Assembly: GCA_019634415.1 (NCBI GenBank) | Contig: JAHQVJ010000214.1 | Span: forward strand, 38 to 64,037 | Direction: 5' to 3' | Length of the DNA: 64,000 nt | DNA from: Myxococcales bacterium | Lineage (GTDB): Bacteria; Myxococcota_A; UBA796; GCA-2862545 | Part shown: positions 1 to 9,224 of the stretch, in pieces | How positions within the stretch are numbered: the stretch's first letter is position 1 | Layout of the letters: each line of letters starts with the position of its first letter | Translations under genes and position numbers: made by a program | The notes under the pieces: generated by a model | Told to the model about the DNA's origin: nothing | Databases searched by the model: none | What the model saw: the letters and a program-made list of their open reading frames with translations, nothing else

Positions 1-1026
1 GTGTCGCGGGTTGCAGGGAAAGACGCGGATGATCCGCTGGCCGCCCGCGCCTCCGTGGAGCGGCTGGCGGTGCTTCGAGCGGGTCGGCTGCTCGACGACG
101 ACACCTTCGAGGCCAGCCTCCTGGCGGCCTCGGCCACGCCGTCCAAGGAGCAGTGGGCTCGGTTCTTGGCCACGCTGCTGCTGCTGGTGGGTGCGGCACT
201 CGTGCTCTCGGGCGCCATCTACTTCGTGGCCTTCAACTGGGACGACCTGGGGCGCTTCGCGAAGCTGGCGTTCACAGGCGGCTGGGTGCTGGTGGGCCTT
301 GCCATCGCGTGGTGGCGAGGGGCGCAGCCGGTCGGCCAGGTGGGGCTGCTCGGCGCCTGTGTGGGGGTCGGGGCGTTGCTCGCGGTGGTGGGGCAGACCT
401 ACCAGACCGGCGCCGACAGCTGGGAGCTGTTCGCGAACTGGGCCGTGCTGATCCTGCCGTGGGTGGTGGCGGGGCGCATGGGAGGCCTGTGGATGCTGTG
501 GCTTGCGGTGGTCAACGCCGCCATCTGGTTCTTTGGCGCTCAAGTACGGCCGGAGTGGAGCTGGTGGAGCTGGGTGCTCTTGGGGGCCGTGAACGGCCTT
601 GCCTGGGCCGTGTGGCTGTGGGCAGAGGAGCGAGTGGACTGGGTGCGGGGTCAGTGGCTGCCGCGGGTGTGGGTGGCCGTGGCGTTGTCGTGGCTCGTGC
701 TGCCAGCCGCGGCCACCGCCTTGCAGGTGCCCGACGGGGAGAGCGGCGGGGTGGCGGCCACGCTGCTGCTCGCTGCGGGTGCGGCGGCGACGCTGGCGCT
801 CGCCCTTCGTAGCTCTGCAGCGGATCGCTTCCCACTCACGGCGGCCACCGCGGCCGTGCTGGTGGTGGTGGACACCTGGATCGGTCGGTTCCTGCTCGAC
901 ACCCTCGATCTCGACGAGCTCGGCCTGCTGGTGCTCTCGGGGATCGTGCTCGGCCAGGCCGTGGCGTTCGTGGCGTGGTTGACTCGGCTCGGGCCATCCG
1001 ACGAGGAGAGGGGGGTGACGCCATGA
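1..1026 (+). CDS. DUF2157-like integral membrane protein (5' end at or before window edge)
   Basis: The frame is open from nt 1 (GTG) to TGA 1024-1026. A soluble N-terminus is followed by many hydrophobic helices (FVAFNWDDLGRFAKLAF...). The stop overlaps the next start (ATGA at 1023-1026). Confidence 0.6.
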   Translation: MSRVAGKDADDPLAARASVERLAVLRAGRLLDDDTFEASLLAASATPSKEQWARFLATLLLLVGAALVLSGAIYFVAFNWDDLGRFAKLAFTGGWVLVGLAIAWWRGAQPVGQVGLLGACVGVGALLAVVGQTYQTGADSWELFANWAVLILPWVVAGRMGGLWMLWLAVVNAAIWFFGAQVRPEWSWWSWVLLGAVNGLAWAVWLWAEERVDWVRGQWLPRVWVAVALSWLVLPAAATALQVPDGESGGVAATLLLAAGAAATLALALRSSAADRFPLTAATAAVLVVVDTWIGRFLLDTLDLDELGLLVLSGIVLGQAVAFVAWLTRLGPSDEERGVTP

Positions 1027-2081
1027 TCGTGCTGCGAGACAGCCTTCGCACCGTGCTGGCCCGCACCATGGGCGACGACGAGGCGCTGTTGCACCAGGCG
1101 CGCGACCTCGTCGCCGAGCACCAGGGAGCGCCCGTCTGGTACGTGCGAGGCTTCACTGGCTTCGTGGCGTGGCTGTCGGCCGTGCTGCTGGTGGGCTTCC
1201 TCGTCCTGGCCGACATCGCAGACGACGAGTGGGGTGCCTTGTTCGTCGGGGGGGTGCTGATGGTGGGGGCGGCGGTGGGCCGCGCCGCAGCACTTGCCGA
1301 GGAGAGCACCTTCGTGAACCAGCTCACGCTGGCCCTGGTGGTGGCTGGCGAGATCTTGGCCACGATGGGGCTGGCCGGCATCCTCGAGGCAGAGGCTGCC
1401 GCGTTCCTCGCGACCTCGGTGCTGATGGCCGTGATGGTGGTCGCGTTCGCCGATCCCGTGCACCGCTTCGGTGCCACCGTGGCGGCCGGTGCCTTCGCGG
1501 GCCTGTTCCTGTTTCAGCTCGACGACGCCATCCCGCTGCACCTGGGCGCCACTCCGCTGTTCGCTGCGGGCACGGCGCTGTTCCTGTGGGAGGCGCGCCT
1601 CGAGGCGGGGCCCGCTGCATCGCTGCGTGCACCCGTGGCCTTTGGCTGTGTGGTGGGGGCGTTCCTGCTGGTGATGATGGGCCTGTGGGGCCCCGACGAG
1701 CAGCGGGCGCTGACGCCGTGGACGGGCATGGGGCTCACGGCCGTGACCTTGGTGGGGCTCGGGTGGAGCGCCGTGAGCGAGATCGGCGACGTGGAGCAGC
1801 GTGCCGTGGGGATCGCCGTGGCGGTGGTGCTCGCGCTGGGGGCGATCACCGTGACCACGCCCGGGGTGGTCGCGGCCTTGGGCACCCTGCTGCTGGCCTT
1901 CCATCGCAGGAACCCCATCCTGTTCGGGCTGGGGACCGTGTTCCTCACGGTGTTCCTGACCTGGTTCTACTACGACCTGGCGCTGTCGCTGTGGGTGAAG
2001 TCGGGGGTGCTCGTGGGCAGCGGTGCGCTGCTGCTCGGAGCACGGTGGGTGCTGGTGAGCACGATGGAGGAAGCGCAATGA
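1023..2081 (+). CDS. DUF4401-like polytopic membrane protein
   Basis: I trimmed the 368-aa ORF to ATG 1023 (MIVLRDSL...). The protein is hydrophobic throughout, and the frame has high third-position GC. ATGA overlaps link it to both neighbours. Confidence 0.6.
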   Translation: MIVLRDSLRTVLARTMGDDEALLHQARDLVAEHQGAPVWYVRGFTGFVAWLSAVLLVGFLVLADIADDEWGALFVGGVLMVGAAVGRAAALAEESTFVNQLTLALVVAGEILATMGLAGILEAEAAAFLATSVLMAVMVVAFADPVHRFGATVAAGAFAGLFLFQLDDAIPLHLGATPLFAAGTALFLWEARLEAGPAASLRAPVAFGCVVGAFLLVMMGLWGPDEQRALTPWTGMGLTAVTLVGLGWSAVSEIGDVEQRAVGIAVAVVLALGAITVTTPGVVAALGTLLLAFHRRNPILFGLGTVFLTVFLTWFYYDLALSLWVKSGVLVGSGALLLGARWVLVSTMEEAQ

Positions 2082-2584
2082 ATCGATGGCTGCTGGGCGG
2101 AGGGTTGCTGCTGGCGCTGGGTGCGCCCGCGGCGAGCGTCGTGGACTACGAGCGGCACGTTCAGGGCGCCGAGCCGATGCTGCTGGAGCTGGCGCCCGTG
2201 GATCCGCGGTCGCTCATCCAGGGCGACTACATGGTGCTGAGCTACGCCATCACTCGCTCCCTGCGGCGCGAGGTGGACGAGTCGTGGCCCCGCACGGGCA
2301 CGCTCGCCGTCACGGTGGACGAGCGTGGCGTGGTGACGGACGCCCGGTTGCTCACCGACGACGGGCTGCAGGCCACCGAGCGAGCGCTCGACTACCGGCT
2401 GCGGCACCACCAGATCCGGCTCGGGGCGGAGTCGTTCTTCTTTCAGGAGGGCAACGCCGAGCACTACGAGCAGGCCGAGTACGGCGAGCTGCGCGTGGAC
2501 GCGTCGGGCCGTGCGGTGCTCGTGGGGCTGCGCGACGAGGCCCTGCAGATCCTCGGCCCTGCGGGGGACCACCCCCTACAGTGA
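2078..2584 (+). CDS. GDYXXLXY domain-containing protein
   Basis: It starts at ATG 2078 (MNRWLLGGGLLLALGAP, signal-like). It carries a literal GDYMVLSY motif, and an FFFQEG motif lies near the C-terminus. It occupies the 3' part of the 1169..2584 frame. Confidence 0.7.
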   Translation: MNRWLLGGGLLLALGAPAASVVDYERHVQGAEPMLLELAPVDPRSLIQGDYMVLSYAITRSLRREVDESWPRTGTLAVTVDERGVVTDARLLTDDGLQATERALDYRLRHHQIRLGAESFFFQEGNAEHYEQAEYGELRVDASGRAVLVGLRDEALQILGPAGDHPLQ

Positions 2585-3463
2585 GTGAGCGTCGAGGAAG
2601 GCCGTCAGGGTCTGGGTGAAGGCCTCGGGATCCTCCAGGAAGGCGCTGTGTCCGCCTTCGAAGCGGTGGACCTCCGCGTTCGGGATGCGACGGATCGCGC
2701 GACGGTTGCGCGACCAGCGGATCACTCGGTCGCGCTCGGCCCAGGCCACGAGGACCGGCATGGAGAGCCCGGGGAGCTTGGCGCGAAGATCGGCCTGTGG
2801 ACTGGCGAAGCTCTCCCAGGCCTGCCGGAGCACGCCCGCCATCTGTGGACCCGCCGCCACGATGGCCCGCCGCCGCTCCGTCGCCCTGGAGCCCGGCAGC
2901 ACGGTGTCGTAGAAGCGCTCGTACCACCGAGGGAACGACGCATGGTCCTCTTCGCCGCGCCGAAACCGCCTCACCACCGAGCCGATGTAGATCCGGGCCA
3001 GCCAGCCGCCGGGATCCATGCCGCCCGAGTCCACCAGCACCAGGCCGCGGACGCGGTGGGGCTGTGCGGAGGCGACCTCGATGGCTGCGGCGCCACCCAC
3101 GGAGTTGCCCACCAGCACCACCGACCTGAGCTCCAGGGCGTCGAGCACGTCGAGCAGGACCGCTGCGTAGCGCTGGGCACTCGGGGGGTGTGGATCGTCC
3201 TCCGAGGCCCCGTGACCGGGCCAGTCCAGCACCACGACGCGTCGCTCGGGGGCCAGGGCGCTGATCACGCTGGCGTAGTCCCCGCCGCCGTGGCCCACGG
3301 CGTGCAAGCACACCACGGCGTGGTCGGGGCCATCGGCGTCCGTGTCGTGCAGCGCGATGGCGAGCTGCTGGGCCGACACTGCGGCACGCGGCTCGGGGAC
3401 GGCCAGGGCCAGTCGGAGGGGGCTGGCCTGGGCGAGGGCGGTGTGGAGGAGCAAGGTGGTCAT
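2576..3463 (-). CDS. alpha/beta-fold hydrolase
   Basis: I trimmed the start to ATG 3463 (MTTLLLH). It has a GNSVGG nucleophile elbow (G-x-S-x-G), an HGxGG oxyanion region, and a C-terminal GGH typical of the fold. Confidence 0.75.
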   Translation of the reverse strand: MTTLLLHTALAQASPLRLALAVPEPRAAVSAQQLAIALHDTDADGPDHAVVCLHAVGHGGGDYASVISALAPERRVVVLDWPGHGASEDDPHPPSAQRYAAVLLDVLDALELRSVVLVGNSVGGAAAIEVASAQPHRVRGLVLVDSGGMDPGGWLARIYIGSVVRRFRRGEEDHASFPRWYERFYDTVLPGSRATERRRAIVAAGPQMAGVLRQAWESFASPQADLRAKLPGLSMPVLVAWAERDRVIRWSRNRRAIRRIPNAEVHRFEGGHSAFLEDPEAFTQTLTAFLDAHSL

Positions 3464-3526
3464 GCACCGAGGATGCGCCTGCGTCGTCGACGGGGCATTG
3501 ACCCAGGTCAAGGAATCGGAGATGCC

Positions 3527-4117
3527 ATGAAGTCGGCCATCGACGAGGTGGGACCGCTGCCCGCCGCCGACCGGAGTCGGCTGCTGCAGCGACTGACGAC
3601 GCGCCGACTCTCTGCAGGGGACCACCTGCTGCGGCCTGGGGATCCCTGCCGTGCCCTCGGGGCGGTGCGCCACGGCGTGATGCGCGAGTTCTATGCCTTG
3701 CCCTCGGGCGTGCAGCGCACCAAGGCCTTCGCGGTGGAGGGGCAGTTCGTGGGCTCGCTGCCCGATGCGCTGTGCGGCGGAGCCTCGGTGTGCGGGGTGG
3801 TGGCGGAGACCGAGGTGGAGCTGCAGCTGTGCTCCGCTGCAGCCTTCCTCGACTGGATGCACTCCAGCGACGGCACCCGCCGCTGGGGCCTGGCGCTGCT
3901 GGAGCGCCTGGTGCTCACGAAGGCCCGGCGGGAGCGGGAGCTGGTGAGCTTGGATGCCTGGGGCCGATATCAGGCGTTTCGGCTAGCGTTCCCCACGGTG
4001 GAGGCCCGCGTGTCGCAGCGGGTGGTGGCCAGCTACGTGGGGATCTCGCCGGAGCACCTGTCGCGGCTGCGCTCGCGTCAGCGGCGGCCCACGTCCCCAT
4101 CTGACGGTCGTCACTGA
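3527..4117 (+). CDS. Crp/Fnr-family transcriptional regulator
   Basis: It starts at ATG 3527 (MKSAIDEV). It has an N-terminal cNMP-binding-like barrel and a C-terminal HTH (SQRVVASYVGISPEHLSRLR). It is the 3' part of the 510-aa ORF 2585..4117. Confidence 0.65.
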   Translation: MKSAIDEVGPLPAADRSRLLQRLTTRRLSAGDHLLRPGDPCRALGAVRHGVMREFYALPSGVQRTKAFAVEGQFVGSLPDALCGGASVCGVVAETEVELQLCSAAAFLDWMHSSDGTRRWGLALLERLVLTKARRERELVSLDAWGRYQAFRLAFPTVEARVSQRVVASYVGISPEHLSRLRSRQRRPTSPSDGRH

Positions 4118-4131
4118 CGGACGTCCGTCAG
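4114..4131. promoter_or_regulatory. perfect 18-nt palindrome CTGACGGACGTCCGTCAG overlapping the Crp/Fnr gene stop
   Basis: The sequence is self-complementary when read directly. The half-site CTGACGG also occurs at 4101-4107. No T-tract follows. Confidence 0.35.
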
Positions 4132-4211
4132 TAGGTCGAAGGCCAGCAATTCGGCATGTCTAGGCTCGGGCTTCCTCTACCCGAGACGAAGAGACGCCGA
4201 CTATCGATGGC

Positions 4212-5252
4212 GTGCCGCTTGCACCGAGCCGCATCAGGCGTGGCCAAGGTGCCCGCCTAGATTCGGAGTGGCATCTGCCTACACCCCACGACAGCTTGTT
4301 CCGGCTCGTGTTCGGCCAGACCGCCATCGCTCGTGCACACCTTCGGCCGCTGCTACCTGCCGTGCTCACCGAGCAGCTCGACTGGCGCCGCATGGCGCGT
4401 GTTCCCGGCACCACCGTGGACGAGCGCTTCAAGAAGCTCCACAGCGACCTGGTGTACCGGGTGTTCACGAGGGGAGGAGAGCCGCTGCTGCTCTACCTGC
4501 TCTTCGAGCACCAGCGGACCCCTCATGTCCGAATGCCCCTGCGGATGTCGGCCTACATCCATCGTGTGTGGATGGACTGGGAGAAGTCCGATGCAGCGAA
4601 GGGATCAAGCGCTGTCCCTCTGATCTTCCCGATGGTGCTCTACAATGGTTCTCGCGCTTGGGTGGCTCCCACCTCGATGGACGAACTGTACGGGAGCGAC
4701 AGCCTCGTCGAGGCGCTCGGACGGTTTCGTCTGCGGCTGGACTTCTTCCTCATCGACCTGTCCCAGATCCCCGACGAAGAGCTCACCGGCACAGCCCTCG
4801 GCGCACTCACCTTGCTGGTCTTCAAGCACGTGGACAGTGACACCTTCTGGGAGAAGTTTCGTTTGTGGGCGCACCTCATGGAGGAAGTGCTCCGGGTCCC
4901 TGGAGGCCTTCGGGCGCTGGAAGCTGTGTTTCGCTACGGTTGGCTTGCCGCCGGCCGGCCCGAGCCCGAAGTTGAGGCGCGGGTATGGGCTGCGTTACCC
5001 TCGGAGTTGGAGGAGCTTGCTGTGACCTGGGCCGAGAGTACCCGAGAGGAAGGGCGCCGAGAAGGACGCCGGGAAGGACGTCTCGACGAGCTGCGGCAGG
5101 TTGTGCTGGACGTCGTCGGACGCGACGGAGAGGTTCCAGTGGACGTGCGAGCACGCATCGAGGCCGCCACTGTCGATGAGTTACGGGACTGGCTCCGCGA
5201 CGCATTGAGTGCCGCCACGATCACCAAGCTCCCCGGCGACATCGAAGGCTAG
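4212..5252 (+). CDS. Rpn-family (YhgA/transposase_31-like) PD-(D/E)XK recombination-promoting nuclease
   Basis: It has the N-terminal TPHDSLFRLVFG motif, then HSDLVYRV and LLYLLFEHQ blocks, and a C-terminal EEGRREGRREGR repeat region typical of the family. The start is GTG at 4212. Confidence 0.7.
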   Translation: MPLAPSRIRRGQGARLDSEWHLPTPHDSLFRLVFGQTAIARAHLRPLLPAVLTEQLDWRRMARVPGTTVDERFKKLHSDLVYRVFTRGGEPLLLYLLFEHQRTPHVRMPLRMSAYIHRVWMDWEKSDAAKGSSAVPLIFPMVLYNGSRAWVAPTSMDELYGSDSLVEALGRFRLRLDFFLIDLSQIPDEELTGTALGALTLLVFKHVDSDTFWEKFRLWAHLMEEVLRVPGGLRALEAVFRYGWLAAGRPEPEVEARVWAALPSELEELAVTWAESTREEGRREGRREGRLDELRQVVLDVVGRDGEVPVDVRARIEAATVDELRDWLRDALSAATITKLPGDIEG

Positions 5253-5319
5253 TGGCTCGAGTGTCGGACCCGCTACCTGCTCGGGTTGGTGTGCATCCAG
5301 CGGCGTTAGGAGCAGGTCC

Positions 5320-6489
5320 ATGCAACCTCTGCTCATGATCCCCGGACCCATCGAGGTCTCGCCCGCCGTGCGCGAAGCAGCGGCCACCGCACCTCCTTCC
5401 CACACCGCTCCCGGACTCATCGAGGCGTTCGGCGCCTCACTGGGCGCCATGCGCTCCATCTGGCGGGCGCCCGAGGGCGCTCAGCCCTTCGTGCTCGCGG
5501 GCTCGGGCACGCTGGCCATGGAGATGGCGGCCACGAACCTGGTGGAGCCTGGCCAGTCCGTGCTGGTGGTGCACCACGGCTACTTCGGTGCCCGCATGGC
5601 CGACATGCTGAGCCGTCGCGGGGCTCGGGTGCGCACGCTGGCCACGGATCCGGGCCACGCCGTGCCTGCCGATCAGGTGGATGCGGAGTTGAGCGAGGAG
5701 CCCGCGGTCGCGGTGTTCGTGACCCACGTCGACACGTCCACCGGCGTTCGCGCGGACGTGGCGGGGATCGCGGCGATGGCGAAGGCCCATGGTGCGATGG
5801 TGGTGGTGGACGGCGTGTGCTCCACGGTGGGGGAGGTGCTGGACCAGGCCCGACTCGACGTGGACGTGTTCCTCACGGCGTCTCAGAAGGCGGTGGGGGC
5901 ACCCCCCGGACTGGCGCTGCTCGTGGCCTCGCCCCTGGCGCTTCAGGCCCGCAGCCGCCTGCTGACGCCGCCGCCCATGAGCCTGGACTTCGAGCAGTGG
6001 ATCCCCATCATGGAGGCCTACGAGCAGCGGCGCCCCAGCTACTTCGCCACACCGGCCACCTCGCTGGTGCTGGCCCTGCGGGCGGCGCTGACCGAGATCG
6101 AGGACCACCACCACGCAGGCCACACCGGCGTGGAGGCGGCCTGGGTGCAGCACGCACAGGTGGCCCAGGGGATGCGCGCGGCGTGGCAGGCGCTGGGCTG
6201 CAGCCTGCTGCCCGCCACCGAGGAGGTGGCCGCGAACACGCTGTCGGCGTTGCGCTACCCCGAAGGTGTGGGCCCCGAGCTGGTGGCCGCGGTGGGACGG
6301 CGCGGCGTGGCGGTCGCGGGCGGACTGTTGCCGCAGCTCAAGCAGGCCTACTTCCGCGTGGGTCACATGGGCTGGGTCACGCGCCAGCCCGAGCTGCTGG
6401 AGCGGACGGTCCGTGCCATCGGGGAAGCCCTGGTGGAGTGCGGACACGCAACCGATCCCGAGGCGGGTGTGGCGGCGCTGCGCGGCTGA
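5320..6489 (+). CDS. class V PLP-dependent aminotransferase (serine-pyruvate/alanine-glyoxylate type)
   Basis: It starts at ATG 5320 after AGGAGCAGG. It has the MIPGP N-terminus, a TASQKAVGAPPGLA PLP-lysine block, and FRVGHMG near the C-terminus. Confidence 0.8.
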   Translation: MQPLLMIPGPIEVSPAVREAAATAPPSHTAPGLIEAFGASLGAMRSIWRAPEGAQPFVLAGSGTLAMEMAATNLVEPGQSVLVVHHGYFGARMADMLSRRGARVRTLATDPGHAVPADQVDAELSEEPAVAVFVTHVDTSTGVRADVAGIAAMAKAHGAMVVVDGVCSTVGEVLDQARLDVDVFLTASQKAVGAPPGLALLVASPLALQARSRLLTPPPMSLDFEQWIPIMEAYEQRRPSYFATPATSLVLALRAALTEIEDHHHAGHTGVEAAWVQHAQVAQGMRAAWQALGCSLLPATEEVAANTLSALRYPEGVGPELVAAVGRRGVAVAGGLLPQLKQAYFRVGHMGWVTRQPELLERTVRAIGEALVECGHATDPEAGVAALRG

Positions 6490-6495
6490 GGTGGA

Positions 6496-7158
6496 CTACT
6501 CCGCCTCCACCTCTTCGAAGGGCCAGTGCGCGAGCGGCGCCACGTCTTCCTCGGGATCCGACAGCAGCAGCGGCTCCACGTAGCCGCTGAAGACCTCACC
6601 CAGACTCAGGTGCACGCGCACCTCGTCGGCGCGCACCTCGGGATCCTCCGACAGCGCCACCACGTCGAGGGAGCCAGCGAGCTGGCTGATCTCGGCCTCG
6701 ACGTACAGCTGCTCGCCCAGCGTCTCGGCCACGGTCTCGACGGACTCGTCGAGGCGACCATCGGAGGTGACGACGACCAGGGAGACGGGTAGCTCCAGGC
6801 GGTCGGGGCAGAAGATCGCCGCATCGGTGCCCGGCCCCTCGCTCTGGGAGCCGACGTTGTCGTAGACCACGTGGTCCGCTGATCCGGGACGCGACAGCGT
6901 GGCGGTGATCTCGGCGATCTCGCCCGTCTTCATCCAATGGATGGGGTGGGTGGCCACCTGGGCGGCACTCGCGCGGAACACGGCGATGTCCACGTCCACG
7001 TCGCCGTCGTAGCCCGCCAGGGTGATCACGGCGTCGTCGGCTACGGGCGTCCTCGACGTCTCCTCGCAGCGGATCTGCTCTTCCTCTCCGAACTGGCCCC
7101 TGAGGGGCTCGGGCCCCGAGCATCCCCAGACCAGCGCACAGGCCATCCATCCTCTCAT
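6496..7158 (-). CDS. hypothetical lipoprotein
   Basis: I trimmed the start to ATG 7158 (MRGWMACALVWGCSG, lipobox). The protein is acidic. I recognise no family. Confidence 0.55.
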   Translation of the reverse strand: MRGWMACALVWGCSGPEPLRGQFGEEEQIRCEETSRTPVADDAVITLAGYDGDVDVDIAVFRASAAQVATHPIHWMKTGEIAEITATLSRPGSADHVVYDNVGSQSEGPGTDAAIFCPDRLELPVSLVVVTSDGRLDESVETVAETLGEQLYVEAEISQLAGSLDVVALSEDPEVRADEVRVHLSLGEVFSGYVEPLLLSDPEEDVAPLAHWPFEEVEAE

Positions 7159-7263
7159 CGCGTCCTCCGTCGCCCTGTGGGAACTTGCCGTGGCGCGGTG
7201 CATGCGTCCATGACGACCCTGCACATTCCATGGGCCGTGGATGCTCGATCATGTGCAGATTCG

Positions 7264-9114
7264 TCAGGGTGTGCTGGGGGGTGCCTCGGCGGCTCGCAGC
7301 TCCAGGAGCTTGCCTTCGGCCCAGTCCCGTCGTGCGGTTCGCTCGGAGGCGGGCACCCGCGGATCGGCGTCGAGCAGAGCGAGGGCTCGCTCATAGGCGG
7401 CGATGGCGGCCTCGGTCTTGCCGGCAGCGGCCAGCGCCTCGCCGTGGCTGTCGTGGGCGTTGGAGGAGTCGGGGAAGGCGGTGGCCACCATCTGCAGCAG
7501 CATCACGCCGCGCGCGGTGTCGCCCTGGCCGAGCAAGACGTAGCCGCGCTGGTTGAGGGAGGCCTCGTCGCAGCCCGACCCCTCGTCCGTCGCGGCGGTG
7601 CGGCAGGCCTCCACGGCCTCGTCGAGCTGTCCCTGGGCGAGCCACTCCAGGGCGGTGGGGGGCTCGGTGGTGGGAGAGGCGACGCTGACCTCCGAGTCCT
7701 CTCGCAGAGAATCGATGCGCACGGTGCCGTCGGCCTGTCGCTGCACGCGCCAGCCGTCCGTCGTGGAGACGAAGCCGTCGGCGGTGGGGACCAGCGGCGT
7801 GCGCTCGCCCATGGGCTCGGCGCGTACCAGCTCCTCTCCCTGTCGCACGAGCACGACGAGCTCCCCGGCTTCGTTGCGGTAGCGGCCGGCCACGGCATCG
7901 AGGCCGTCGGCGTCGACCGCCATGGGCACGATGGGCTCGTCGAGGCCTGGCCATCCGTCCCGGGCGCTCAGGGTGCGGATGATCTCGTCGAAGAGCACCG
8001 AACCCCGGTCGGAGTTCGTCATGATCACCAGGCCGTGGCTTCCGTCGACGGCACCCATCATCTGGGCGCGGAATCCTTCGTTGGCGCCGCCGTGGGCGAA
8101 CTGGGCGACCCCTCGGTCCTCTGCGAGGAAGGTGCCCAGCGCCACGCCGTCTGCGGTGGTGCCCTGCACGGGCTGGGTGAGCTGCTGCGCCACCTCGGCC
8201 GACAGCACCGACGGCTGACCGTTGGCCGCCTGCTGCACGGCGATGACGAAGCGGGCGAGGTCGCTGGGCGTGGTCCACAGACCGGCGGCGGCCTGCTCGG
8301 GGTAGGTGTGCCACTTGCCGACCACCACCGATCCGTCGGGGCGGTGCCCCGAAGCGGCCTGAGCGCGGCGATCGGAGGGAAGGGGCTGGGCGAAGGTGCT
8401 GTCCGCCATGCCCATCGGGCCGAGCACCAGCTTCTGCAGCACGTTCGCGTAGGGGGCGCCGCGCATGTCCACGATGGCCTGCTGCACGATGGTGGTGCCC
8501 CCGCCGGAGTACCTCACGGCCGTGCCCGGGGCTTGGTCCACCACCACGGCAGCGCTGTTGGCGGGCGGAACGCCCTGCAGCACCTGCACGGCGGTGGGCA
8601 GCTCCTCGCCCTCGGCGTAGCCACGGAAGCCGTGCACCGTGGTGCCGCCGGTGTGGCTCAAGAGGTGCTGCAGGGTGACGGGTGTCCGTGCGGTGAGGTC
8701 CGATGCGGGCAGCTGCCAGGAGCGCAGTGCCTCGTCGATGGGTCCCTGCAGGGTGAGCTCGCCCTTGTCGGCCATGGTCAGGGCCGCGGCTGCGGTCACG
8801 GGCTTGCTGATGGAGGCGGCCTGGAACAGCGTGCGGTCGGTGACCGGCGTGTCGCTGCCTGCCTCGAGCACGCCCCAGGCCCCGGTGAACACGATCTCTG
8901 CATCCTCGATCACGGCCACCGACAGCCCCGGGACCCGCTCCTCCTCCATGCGGTCCACCAGCCGCTGCAGCGCAGGCTGACCCTGCACGCGCACCGGTGG
9001 CAGCAGGCCGACCTCGAGCTGCTCACCGATCGTCGGCACGGCAGGCTCCTCGGATGCGGGCTGTGTCGCGCAGCCCATCCACAGTGCACTCCAGATCATC
9101 GTCCTCACCCCCAC
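7264..9114 (-). CDS. serine hydrolase (beta-lactamase/PBP4* family) lipoprotein with C-terminal TPR-like region
   Basis: It has an SxxK motif (ASISKPV), a lipobox (LWMGC), and a C-terminal helical repeat region (GDTARGVMLLQMVATAFPDSSNAHDSHGEALAAAGK). The start (GTG 9114 or ATG 9099) is uncertain. Confidence 0.75.
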   Translation of the reverse strand: MGVRTMIWSALWMGCATQPASEEPAVPTIGEQLEVGLLPPVRVQGQPALQRLVDRMEEERVPGLSVAVIEDAEIVFTGAWGVLEAGSDTPVTDRTLFQAASISKPVTAAAALTMADKGELTLQGPIDEALRSWQLPASDLTARTPVTLQHLLSHTGGTTVHGFRGYAEGEELPTAVQVLQGVPPANSAAVVVDQAPGTAVRYSGGGTTIVQQAIVDMRGAPYANVLQKLVLGPMGMADSTFAQPLPSDRRAQAASGHRPDGSVVVGKWHTYPEQAAAGLWTTPSDLARFVIAVQQAANGQPSVLSAEVAQQLTQPVQGTTADGVALGTFLAEDRGVAQFAHGGANEGFRAQMMGAVDGSHGLVIMTNSDRGSVLFDEIIRTLSARDGWPGLDEPIVPMAVDADGLDAVAGRYRNEAGELVVLVRQGEELVRAEPMGERTPLVPTADGFVSTTDGWRVQRQADGTVRIDSLREDSEVSVASPTTEPPTALEWLAQGQLDEAVEACRTAATDEGSGCDEASLNQRGYVLLGQGDTARGVMLLQMVATAFPDSSNAHDSHGEALAAAGKTEAAIAAYERALALLDADPRVPASERTARRDWAEGKLLELRAAEAPPSTP

Positions 9115-9187
9115 ACGAGGACGGTACCAGACGGCTTGGTGCGGCGACCCACACGAATCTGCACGCGATCTGCCCTCTGGTGCTTGG

Positions 9188-9202
9188 ATGTGTGCGATAT
9201 CG
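9188..9202. promoter_or_regulatory. ATGTGTGCGATATCG motif upstream of the first DUF4423 regulator (shared with 48920..48934)
   Basis: It matches ATGTGTTCGATATTG at 48920..48934 in 13 of 15 positions. The core CGATATCG is palindromic. Confidence 0.3.
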
Positions 9203-9224
9203 TGAGTATGACGGAGAGGGTCCG

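Noticed and set aside
651-2078. 475-aa minus-strand ORF across the DUF4401 gene
   Set aside because: The composition is Arg/His/Gly/Pro-rich and low-complexity with no motifs. It is antisense to a hydrophobic, high-GC3 frame with coupled start/stop codons. This is a typical high-GC shadow ORF.
4114-4131. The 18-nt palindrome as an intrinsic terminator
   Set aside because: The hairpin would have an almost loopless stem, and no U-tract follows it. I kept it only as a candidate protein-binding dyad.
4140-5320. The Rpn/transposase_31-like gene as part of a bounded IS element
   Set aside because: I could find no terminal inverted repeats or target duplications flanking the gene. The family is generally a stand-alone, domesticated nuclease.
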